This document shows positions 28,558 to 36,681 of a DNA stretch of 64,000 nucleotides, piece after piece. Numbering within the stretch: the first letter of the stretch is position 1; each line of letters starts with the position of its first letter. The translations under genes and the position numbers were made by a program. The notes under the pieces are model-generated. The model was not told the DNA's origin. It saw nothing but the letters and a program-made list of their open reading frames with translations, and made no database searches. Source of the stretch: an uncultured Cytophagales bacterium (lineage in GTDB: Bacteria > Bacteroidota > Bacteroidia > Cytophagales > JAAEPT01); assembly GCA_964511645.1 (NCBI GenBank), contig CAZEGV010000004.1, positions 1,263 through 65,262 of the forward strand, given 5' to 3'.

Positions 28558-29385
28558 TTATCCAAAATTAATTTCTGGGGGAGGTATCTTTTCTAAAAAT
28601 TCATTTACCTTTTTAATTAACGTCAAAATTATTCTTTTTTTCAAAGGCTTAATATTTTCATTATTATCCTCTAAATAACGAACAAACCCATTCAGACAAC
28701 AACATTCTTCAGAATGATACGGTTGTATCTCTTCGTACCTTCTACAGAAAAACCATTTTAGTTCATTAATCGCTTCACCTTTCATGTCTAATGTTCTTTT
28801 ACCAAATTTTTCGGAATCAATTTCTTTAAAAATATTTGTATTATAAAAGCTTGTAAAACTATTTATGGTTAATTTCTCTAACCTTTCTTCAAGGTTACGA
28901 ACATTTGAATTGTTTATTTCTTCAAATAATAGCTTCAAAAAAGAACCAGAGTATAAATTCGATTTCTCTTCTATTTTTTTCAATAGCACTCTTCTTATAT
29001 CTCCTTCTTTTTGATTCAATACTTTCCCTACCTGAAAGCTACAATAAAAGGATGATATATTATGGGAGTCTAGGTCTCCATCTTCCAATAATCTACTGAT
29101 ATTCTTTTCGGCTAAAGCTATAATGTCTTTTTTATCATAATCAATTAATTTTTCACTGTTCCATAATAGTAACATTTCACTAAAAGTAATCACACAGTGC
29201 ATCTCTTGAACTTTTTCATTCTTTAATGACTCGAAAACATCCTTATATAGTTGTTCAAACACCTCTTCTTCCAAAAACTCCCAACGCCCTATCTTCTCAA
29301 TCATTTTAACGCTTCCCTTGGTGAAAAACAATAAGGTCGAGAGATATCCATTTAAAAGTGCTATATCTATAAAACCCTCTTGCAT
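28558..29385 (-). CDS. hypothetical helical protein, partner of the KAP-family NTPase (or the detached C-terminal half of one)
   Basis: 275-aa ORF, 5 nt downstream of the KAP ORF and in a different frame. It is rich in Glu/Lys/Leu and has a Cys cluster (HSEECCCLNGF). I recognise no motif. Confidence 0.6.
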   Translation of the reverse strand: MQEGFIDIALLNGYLSTLLFFTKGSVKMIEKIGRWEFLEEEVFEQLYKDVFESLKNEKVQEMHCVITFSEMLLLWNSEKLIDYDKKDIIALAEKNISRLLEDGDLDSHNISSFYCSFQVGKVLNQKEGDIRRVLLKKIEEKSNLYSGSFLKLLFEEINNSNVRNLEERLEKLTINSFTSFYNTNIFKEIDSEKFGKRTLDMKGEAINELKWFFCRRYEEIQPYHSEECCCLNGFVRYLEDNNENIKPLKKRIILTLIKKVNEFLEKIPPPEINFG

Positions 29386-29390
29386 ATAAC

Positions 29391-30440
29391 TTATATAAGG
29401 ATAGAAGTTTTACAGAAATGTAAGCTATGCAGTATGTTATATTTATTAAGAAGCACATTATATTGTTTTTCATAACCCGTACTTATTATTCTTTCTTCCT
29501 TACTCAGACTGCCTACCGCTTGAAATAATTCAACATTAGTACCTCCCTTCATCTCCAGATATATAATTAAGAAATAAATTAATAAGCCTTCAATAAATTT
29601 TTTATAATTATCTGAGCCCTTGTATTCATCGCTAACAAACCCTTCAAATCGATTAAAGTCAAAAAGAAATTGTTTCAAAACACGAAGATTGTTATATTTT
29701 GCTGTTTGAAAAACATTAACTACAATCTCTTTAAATGGCTCATAATCAAAAACTTTGACATCTTTCCCAATCTCTTTAATGAAACCGTCTAATACTGTAC
29801 CAACATTGTTTTGAACCTTAAAGGTTTGTCCTATTAATTTCTCCTTTACTTTTCTATATACTTGATATCCATCATCACTGCCTCCTATTTTTATTTGGTC
29901 AGCAACAAGTATTACTTTACAACCATAATGCTCTACAAAGTCATTAATGTAGCCGAACATTGTTTCAGTGTTAATTTTACATCGTTCTAAATCATCAAAC
30001 ACTAAAATGCGTCTACCTCTCACCTTATCGGTATTCTTAAGTTCAAATATTTTAAACACATCTAAGGCATAAGATAATGTGCCATCATTTTTATTGTCAG
30101 CCGCATTAAAATCAATATCAAATTTTAATGATGATTTCAAAAGCCCCTTCCCTAATTCTTTAATGAAATTAGCACTTTTAGAGTGTAGAATTGGGTAGAT
30201 TTGAGACTTGATTTTCTCTGTAACCCTTCCCATATTCTCGATTCCATTCAGGCTTATATAAATTGGCTTCATTACAACAGAATCTCCACACTCTTCCACT
30301 TCCTTCCCCCAGCTGTCTAAAACTTTTTTAATAAAGTATGTTTTCCCACTTCCCCACTCCCCTGTTAACATCACAGCATAGCCGGGGGTCTTTAATCTTA
30401 TATAATAGTCTAAATAATCAGTAACGTGTTTATTATTCAT
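29391..30440 (-). CDS. KAP-family P-loop NTPase (soluble, short form)
   Basis: 349 aa. Walker A is GEWGSGKT (aa 27-34) and the KAP-type Walker B is ILVFDDLERC (about aa 145-154). There is no hydrophobic insert between them. Confidence 0.8.
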   Translation of the reverse strand: MNNKHVTDYLDYYIRLKTPGYAVMLTGEWGSGKTYFIKKVLDSWGKEVEECGDSVVMKPIYISLNGIENMGRVTEKIKSQIYPILHSKSANFIKELGKGLLKSSLKFDIDFNAADNKNDGTLSYALDVFKIFELKNTDKVRGRRILVFDDLERCKINTETMFGYINDFVEHYGCKVILVADQIKIGGSDDGYQVYRKVKEKLIGQTFKVQNNVGTVLDGFIKEIGKDVKVFDYEPFKEIVVNVFQTAKYNNLRVLKQFLFDFNRFEGFVSDEYKGSDNYKKFIEGLLIYFLIIYLEMKGGTNVELFQAVGSLSKEERIISTGYEKQYNVLLNKYNILHSLHFCKTSILI

Positions 30441-30783
30441 AATTCTTTATTTTCAACGAAAACATTTCTGTTATTATAAGAACAAAAAAACAACTTTACT
30501 AAAAAAAGAGTTGTGTTTTTTTTTCATTGCCTTTGTAGTACGAAAATTGTAATATTTTAAAAAGTAAAAGAATACACAAAAACAATTCTCTTAACAAAAT
30601 AGCGCTCGAATTCCTGAGTGGACGGATGCACATTCGCGAAAATCATTTGTTGTTGTTTGTACTTCAACAAGTTCAGTATGACGAAATCAGAAAACAATAC
30701 TCTCGATTAAAAATCGAGATAGACTCCCGCCAAACAGAGAGGAAGAGCCCTAAAATCTACCAATACAGCAAGTAGAAACAACA

Positions 30784-32691
30784 TTATTCTTTAACCGTCA
30801 AATCATCCCCCTCTCTAAGCACCAAGCCTTGGTCAATCAGCAAACGCAACTCCTCTATTGCTTCTTTTCCCAAAACTCGCTTAATTCCTTGTAGATTTTC
30901 TCCTAGACGAACTACTTCTAGTACTTTTAACTTTAAACCACTTGGTTTGGTGTCTCTATTCATACACTGGTCACAAATACCACAGTCAGCCAATTGATAA
31001 TCTCCAAAATATTCTCCAAAAAATACTGAACGACATTTATCAGATAAATTAAGGTATTTCCTGAACGAAACTAAACGATGATTTGCCTGCTTTTTAAGCC
31101 ATTTAAGCTTTTCTCTATCTATTCTTATGACTTGGGCATCTGCTCTAGCTTGCAAAAAGACAATCCCAGACCCTTCCAGCTTGGGTATATATTTTATCGC
31201 ACCATTTTCCACCAATTTCCTAAGAGTCATAATTGTTTTGGCATGAGACCAACCCAGTTGATTGGCTAGGTTATAATCGTCTACCTTTACAAAGTGTGTC
31301 AAAATCTCCCCCCCATAAAACCTCATTAAGACTTTAAAAAAAGCTTCATAACTTTCATTAGACACTTGCAATTTATAAATAGCTGTATTGTCTATCACTA
31401 CTTTTAGCTTTGAACTATCTTCACTAGAGTTTTGGTAACTGAGGTAATTATTACGCTCCAAAATCTTTAAAGCATGATAAGCCTCCATAGTAGGAAGTTT
31501 GTATTTTTCACAAAAAACCTCTATCCCGAAAGGAAGTTTTTCCTGTGGATGGCTGCCTACTGCTAGGTTATAATAATTACCTATAGCATGATAAACCCTT
31601 TTTATAAAATCAACATCAGGATATTGTTTATCAATCAAAGCCGACTGTGTGACTAAATCTTGGTCGTCATAAATCAATAATGCGAAAGCCTTTTGCTCAT
31701 CCCTCCCAGCACGACCTGCCTCTTGGTAATAATTCTCAAGGCTATCTCTCACTCCCCAATGCACAACCAAACGCACATTAGCTTTGTCAATACCCATACC
31801 AAATGCACTTGTACAAACGATAACGGGCACTTCTCCGCTTAACCATTGTTGCTGATGCTTGTTGCGTTGCTCAATGCTCAACCCTGCATGGTACTCTTGT
31901 GCTCTAATGCCTTTCTTTACCAAAAACTGAGTGATATTGACTGTCTCTTTACGAGTGTTGACATAAACGATAGAGCTGTACTGACCAAATCGCTTAAATA
32001 CATCTGATAACTTAGTGTATTTGTCAGCTTCTTTCCGAACTGAAAAAGAGAGATTTTCTCTTATAAATGGTGTTTTAAAAATTTGAGTTTTTGTAAACCC
32101 TAATACAATTTGTATATCTTCTACCACCTTGGGGGTAGCTGTTGCCGTTAGTGCTATGCAAGGTTTGTTTGGACAAAACTCTTTTCTAAAATCTACAACA
32201 CGAAGGTATGATGGTCTAAAATCATGCCCCCACATCGAGATACAATGTGCTTCATCCACAACAAGAATTGAGATAGAAACATACTTGATTCTATCCAAAA
32301 AAGATTTGCTACTTAAACGTTCTGGAGAAACGTATAATATTTTATTTAATCCCGAAGATACCCTAGTCCAAATCGACTCTTGCTCATCATAAGACTGACC
32401 TGCATACAGGCAACTAGCATCTATACCTTTCTCTTTAAGGTTCAGTACTTGATCTTTCATTAAAGCCACTAAAGGAGATACCACAAGCGTAATACCCTCT
32501 AGCATCAACGCAGGTAGCTGAAAGCACACTGACTTACCTGCACCAGTAGGCATCAAAGTAAGCACTTCTCCTCCATCCAGTACCGCTTGTATCACTTCCG
32601 CCTGCATAGGACGAAAATCATCATAAACCCAATATTTCTTCAAAACCTCATGCACAAGCGAAATATACAAAACCATTTGCCTTGAAATCAA
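30784..32691 (-). CDS. recQ: ATP-dependent DNA helicase RecQ
   Basis: 635 aa. FRPMQAEVI, the Walker A TGAGKS, the DEAH box (VVDEAHCISMWGHDFRPSY), a zinc-binding Cys cluster and an HRDC-like tail are present. Confidence 0.9.
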   Translation of the reverse strand: MISRQMVLYISLVHEVLKKYWVYDDFRPMQAEVIQAVLDGGEVLTLMPTGAGKSVCFQLPALMLEGITLVVSPLVALMKDQVLNLKEKGIDASCLYAGQSYDEQESIWTRVSSGLNKILYVSPERLSSKSFLDRIKYVSISILVVDEAHCISMWGHDFRPSYLRVVDFRKEFCPNKPCIALTATATPKVVEDIQIVLGFTKTQIFKTPFIRENLSFSVRKEADKYTKLSDVFKRFGQYSSIVYVNTRKETVNITQFLVKKGIRAQEYHAGLSIEQRNKHQQQWLSGEVPVIVCTSAFGMGIDKANVRLVVHWGVRDSLENYYQEAGRAGRDEQKAFALLIYDDQDLVTQSALIDKQYPDVDFIKRVYHAIGNYYNLAVGSHPQEKLPFGIEVFCEKYKLPTMEAYHALKILERNNYLSYQNSSEDSSKLKVVIDNTAIYKLQVSNESYEAFFKVLMRFYGGEILTHFVKVDDYNLANQLGWSHAKTIMTLRKLVENGAIKYIPKLEGSGIVFLQARADAQVIRIDREKLKWLKKQANHRLVSFRKYLNLSDKCRSVFFGEYFGDYQLADCGICDQCMNRDTKPSGLKLKVLEVVRLGENLQGIKRVLGKEAIEELRLLIDQGLVLREGDDLTVKE

Positions 32692-32772
32692 AAAAAGAAA
32701 ATCATTTTACCCTAAAACCATAGAATAGTTTTGGACGTTAAGTAACTTGCACGCAATTAGGACAAAAAAAGA

Positions 32773-34083
32773 ATGGCGGATAAGGTTGTAATATGGAGTT
32801 TTGAGAAGGCATTTACGTATCGTACATGTATGCACCAAATATATTTTATCAAAACAGCACTCAAGCACTCAAGAAGAGCCAAGATATGGATTGGCTTAGT
32901 TTTATTATTCAAAATCCCTTACTACACCATTAGTCGGCTATTTGGTAACCAACGATTTTTCAACTCTTATTTCAAATCCTTCCGAAACCTTAACGTAGAA
33001 GAATTTGAAACCTACATCAAAGAAGAATTAAGTGGCTACTTTACACACCACCTCAACGAATTTGTATACCCTAAAATAGAAGAGTACAAATCCTTAGGCT
33101 ACAAACAATACATTATTGGCTCATCACCAGAAATACTACTCAAGCACATAGTCAGCAGATTAGAGCTTGATGGGTATATAGGGTCAATTTTAGAGCAAAA
33201 AAAAGGGCGATTTACTAGAAAAACGACACAACGCATCGTAAGTAAATCAGAAAAAAAGAAAGCTTTTCAAAACTTACTAGAGAAGTATAAAATTAATTCA
33301 CACAACACAGAAATCATTGCTTACGGTTCTAAAAACACTGATAGCCCACTACTCAAACTTGCCAATAAATCCTATATAGTAAACCCTCAGTGTAAACTAA
33401 AACGAAAAGCAAAAAAAGAAACCTGGGAAATTATCAAAGAAAAAACTATTCCTTACCCCTACCCTAAAATCATTACTTTTAACTTCTACCTAATATTAAA
33501 AATGTGGTTGCGTAGCACCAAAGGGATTTATAACATCCCTGCCAAAGGTCCCGTCTTACTCATTGCTAATCACAGTAGCTATCTCGATCATTACACTATT
33601 GGCACACTCTCTGCTTTTTTCTTAAAAAGACGTGTACATTTTGCCGCCAAAAAAGAACATTTTATCAAAAACTGGGAAAATAAATTTCACCGTTATTTTG
33701 GTGCAATTCCCATTGATCGGGCGGCATTTCGACCATCTAGCGTTAAGAATATGATGGAAGTTTTTGATGATCAAAACATTTTACTTATCTACCCAGAAGG
33801 CACAAGAAGTCCTGACGGAAAAATGAAAACATTTAAAAAAGGTTTTTTATTTCTACAACAAAAAGCAAAAGTTCCTATTGTACCCGTGTACATTCATAAT
33901 GCACACGAACTGCTACCAAAAGGAAAAATAGTACCTAGATTTGGCAAAGATATAGAAGTAATCATAGGTGAGCAAATCTCTTATGAAGACTATCAACTTA
34001 ATAGCGAGAACGAAGATCAACTCATGGAAATGTTTAAACAAAAAGTTGCAGAACTTGAACAAAAAACATTAAAAAACAATTAG
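32773..34083 (+). CDS. fusion of a HAD-IB-like domain (catalytic motifs degenerate) and a lysophospholipid acyltransferase (PlsC-type)
   Basis: 436 aa. The C-terminal half has the HX4D motif (ANHSSYLDH) and IYPEGTRSPDG. The N-terminal half aligns by eye to SerB-like HAD-IB proteins but reads VVIWSFEKAF where DxDxT is expected. Confidence 0.65.
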   Translation: MADKVVIWSFEKAFTYRTCMHQIYFIKTALKHSRRAKIWIGLVLLFKIPYYTISRLFGNQRFFNSYFKSFRNLNVEEFETYIKEELSGYFTHHLNEFVYPKIEEYKSLGYKQYIIGSSPEILLKHIVSRLELDGYIGSILEQKKGRFTRKTTQRIVSKSEKKKAFQNLLEKYKINSHNTEIIAYGSKNTDSPLLKLANKSYIVNPQCKLKRKAKKETWEIIKEKTIPYPYPKIITFNFYLILKMWLRSTKGIYNIPAKGPVLLIANHSSYLDHYTIGTLSAFFLKRRVHFAAKKEHFIKNWENKFHRYFGAIPIDRAAFRPSSVKNMMEVFDDQNILLIYPEGTRSPDGKMKTFKKGFLFLQQKAKVPIVPVYIHNAHELLPKGKIVPRFGKDIEVIIGEQISYEDYQLNSENEDQLMEMFKQKVAELEQKTLKNN

Positions 34084-34184
34084 GGCGTTCCCACATTCGC
34101 CAAAAAAGCTCATGTGGTCGGGCTATTCGTTTCCAATCTTCCCGATGAAAAATCGGAAAGGATTTCCACTACTATCCCTTACGC
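34083..34184 (+). repeat. dispersed intergenic repeat, copy D
   Basis: gggcgttcccacattcgccaaaaaagctcatgtggtcgggctattcgtttccaatcttcccgatgaaaaatcggaaaggatttccactactatcccttacgc. It begins at the stop codon of the upstream gene. Confidence 0.8.
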
Positions 34185-34202
34185 AACCAATGAAATAACC
34201 AT

Positions 34203-34814
34203 TTAGAAAGCATTAATATTTGAAAAAACATAATATAAATCCCTCGCAATCTCTATGCTCCTTTCTTTATATTTTTCTTTTTGTAGCGAAGTACCATCAA
34301 ACACTTTAGGATCTTCAAAGATAAATAATATTTTTTGTTCCGACCCTCTCACTATTGGGCAACCATTATCAGCCCCAGAACAAGTCATCACTGCCCCAAA
34401 CCCTGATTGAGGATTAAACTCATCATCATACTTTTTAGAAAAACCAATAACAGAAGGTTCATTATCTGTATATTTAATACTATACACAGGATTCCCTTCT
34501 TCCGACAACTTCTTAATATGAAACCCTGTATCATTTAAAACCTCTACTACCATTGGGTATACCTCAGTAGCTTCCGTACCTCCAGAGTAGCAATGCACAC
34601 TATTGATATCGAAATAATAAGCCATCACCTGTGCCCATATTTGAGACAAATGACTCCGCCTAGAATTATGTGTACAAATAAAATTAAGACGGATAATTTC
34701 TTTTTTATCCACCTTAATTTGAATATAATCAATCAGTACTTGTAATACAACTTTCCTATCAATAGATAAAGTTCCTATATTAATCGTTTTCTGAATCTTT
34801 TTAAACATCTTCAT
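34203..34814 (-). CDS. arsC: arsenate reductase, low-molecular-weight phosphotyrosine-phosphatase type
   Basis: 203 aa. CX5R(S/T) P-loop FICTHNSRRS. It lies in an ars-type gene context. Confidence 0.75.
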   Translation of the reverse strand: MKMFKKIQKTINIGTLSIDRKVVLQVLIDYIQIKVDKKEIIRLNFICTHNSRRSHLSQIWAQVMAYYFDINSVHCYSGGTEATEVYPMVVEVLNDTGFHIKKLSEEGNPVYSIKYTDNEPSVIGFSKKYDDEFNPQSGFGAVMTCSGADNGCPIVRGSEQKILFIFEDPKVFDGTSLQKEKYKERSIEIARDLYYVFSNINAF

Positions 34815-34819
34815 TTATA

Positions 34820-35260
34820 TTAACAGCAACCTCCACCTGGTGTACAAGAAGTTTCCTCTTCTGCTTCAGGCACACCGCAATTATCTTTTGCTAAACAATC
34901 TGTTTGTTTTGTAGTAAGAATAAAATTTTCTCCATCAAAATCCAACCCAAATTTACCGATAGTTTCAGCTTGATACTCTACTTCAATTTCTGAATCCGAA
35001 ATACCCAGTACACGCTCTGATAATTCTATGATTTTTAATAATTTTTCTGGGTGCAAACGATGATCGTAGTCATTAGCATTCCAAAGCTGAAAATTAACAA
35101 CCTCCTCCGTTCTTACTACTCCACCACAGTCTATAAAATGCTTTGAAACTTTCCCTATTTCCGTCACATGAAAATGACTTGGCACTAAATCTCCATTCGG
35201 TAATTGAAATGCTATTTCACTTAAATTTTCTAACTGTTTTTTTACTTCTGATAATTTCAT
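34820..35260 (-). CDS. DUF6428-like protein of Bacteroidota ars clusters
   Basis: 146 aa. It sits between arsR and arsC and has a Cys-rich C-terminus (CTPGGGCC). The family assignment is from memory of ars-operon contexts. Confidence 0.5.
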   Translation of the reverse strand: MKLSEVKKQLENLSEIAFQLPNGDLVPSHFHVTEIGKVSKHFIDCGGVVRTEEVVNFQLWNANDYDHRLHPEKLLKIIELSERVLGISDSEIEVEYQAETIGKFGLDFDGENFILTTKQTDCLAKDNCGVPEAEEETSCTPGGGCC

Positions 35261-35278
35261 TTTTATGTAATTTAATAT

Positions 35279-35608
35279 TTAACAACATTTTTGTTTCGCA
35301 AGTATCATTTCAGAAATATCACCAATCATAAGTTCTACTTGTTTCCACTTATCTTGATTGATACAATAACAAATATTTTTCCCTTCTATCGCCCCTTTTA
35401 TCAATCCTACACGCTTTAGTTCTGATAAATGCCTAGAGATAGTAGGCTGAGCCAATGGTAATTCCTCTACAATATCATTACAAATACAAGACGATGTATT
35501 GGCTAAATGTAGCACAATAGAAAGCCTTGCAGGATGACCTACCGCTTTTAATATCTCTGCCATTTCGGTGATTTTAATAGAAAAACCATCTGTTTTTGTT
35601 ATTCCCAT
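35279..35608 (-). CDS. arsR: ArsR/SmtB-family metalloregulator
   Basis: 109 aa. The winged HTH reads HPARLSIVLHL..CICNDIVEELPLAQPTISRHLSELKRVGLI, with a metal(loid)-binding Cys pair before the HTH. Confidence 0.85.
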   Translation of the reverse strand: MGITKTDGFSIKITEMAEILKAVGHPARLSIVLHLANTSSCICNDIVEELPLAQPTISRHLSELKRVGLIKGAIEGKNICYCINQDKWKQVELMIGDISEMILAKQKCC

Positions 35609-35618
35609 ATTGCAATAT
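35607..35618. promoter_or_regulatory. perfect 12-bp palindrome ATATTGCAATAT overlapping the arsR start codon (possible operator)
   Basis: The sequence is self-complementary. Its position at the arsR 5' end suggests autoregulation, but it lies downstream of any likely promoter. Confidence 0.25.
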
Positions 35619-35706
35619 TAGAATATGTTTTTGACATTTGAAAGAAGATGAACAGTTTTATAAAAAAAATATCTATATTTATATATATACATCAACATTA
35701 TTTAAT

Positions 35707-36333
35707 ATGAGAACGTTTTTATACCCTCTTTTAATTCTAATACTTGCTAGTTGCAGTCCTAAGGCACAAACTCAAACTGGTTTAATAAAATTGGATACCA
35801 CTACTATTAAAGAAAAAATAATAAATGAAAATTTATTCATTACACAGTGCGACACGCTAGACAAAAGGGATTTCATCATCTCTAGAAAAAGAAAAGATTT
35901 GTTCGTTTTTAAAGAAATGACTTTTTTGTACTGTAGTCCTTCACTTAATAATGAGGTAATAGACACCTTATATCTAAACGAAAAGACTAGGTCTTGGAGA
36001 GAGTTTAGTTTAACGACAACAGCGTATTGGAGCAAACCCGATTGGTACGAAGTGTATTTCAAAAATAAAAAAGGGTATTTATTTAGCAATGATTTAGCTA
36101 ATTTACGATTAAGAGCGAGTAATGTTCTTGTAAAAGAAAACCCAGAAGGTGTCGGGGGAGTGCTACTAAAAAGTGTAGATAGCACCCACCAGTTAATTGA
36201 CACAATAAGACTCAGAAAGAGCCACGGATACGGTATACACCCATTAACTAACAACGGATTAAATTTTAGTAAAAATGTACTTAAGTATCGTACATATAGG
36301 GAAAGTTGTCCTGGGACAAGTTCTATAAGTTAG
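35707..36333 (+). CDS. lipoprotein of unknown function, terminated by an in-frame TAG that looks premature
   Basis: Start MRTFLYPLLILILASCSPKAQ (lipobox LASC) at 35707. The ORF-track TTG start at 35638 is unlikely. The stop is TAG at 36331-36333. Confidence 0.6.
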   Translation: MRTFLYPLLILILASCSPKAQTQTGLIKLDTTTIKEKIINENLFITQCDTLDKRDFIISRKRKDLFVFKEMTFLYCSPSLNNEVIDTLYLNEKTRSWREFSLTTTAYWSKPDWYEVYFKNKKGYLFSNDLANLRLRASNVLVKENPEGVGGVLLKSVDSTHQLIDTIRLRKSHGYGIHPLTNNGLNFSKNVLKYRTYRESCPGTSSIS

Positions 36334-36672
36334 ATTGCTGTAGATAAAAATGGTCAATTAAAAAACATCATTGGGTCGTATCTTGGGGAGGAGTCTTATT
36401 CAACTGTCTTTTTTCCCTTAAAATTTGGGGAAAAGATTTTCTTAGTAGAAGAGGCTGATATTAATGGCATTTTTAACCAGAACACTGGTGAGTTAAGGAT
36501 TTTCCCTTACCCAAAAGGTATAAAAGTACCTATTGAAGAATTAATAGTTGTTGTTACGGTTGACTTAGAAGAAGTTGACGATGAAGATGGTGACTTTCGC
36601 TATAACGAAGTTAATAAACGTACCCAATATTATAGGTGGGATGGTGAGAAGGCAGTTGAGGTAAAATTTTAA
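36334..36672 (+). pseudogene. 112-codon in-frame continuation of the preceding lipoprotein gene, with no start codon of its own
   Basis: My translation is IAVDKNGQLKNIIGSYLGEESYSTVFFPLKFGEKIFLVEEADINGIFNQNTGELRIFPYPKGIKVPIEELIVVVTVDLEEVDDEDGDFRYNEVNKRTQYYRWDGEKAVEVKF, ending at TAA 36670-36672. There is no in-frame ATG, GTG or TTG. Confidence 0.5.
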
Positions 36673-36681
36673 CATTAGTTA

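Noticed and set aside
30641-30730. 29-codon minus-strand mini-ORF (MIFANVHPSTQEFERYFVKRIVFVYSFTF) upstream of the KAP gene
   Set aside because: It is too short, overlaps the repeat-like element, and has no supporting start context or conservation that I can assess.
35772-36254. 160-aa minus-strand ORF
   Set aside because: It lies entirely antisense to the lipoprotein gene. It has no motif and no independent start context.
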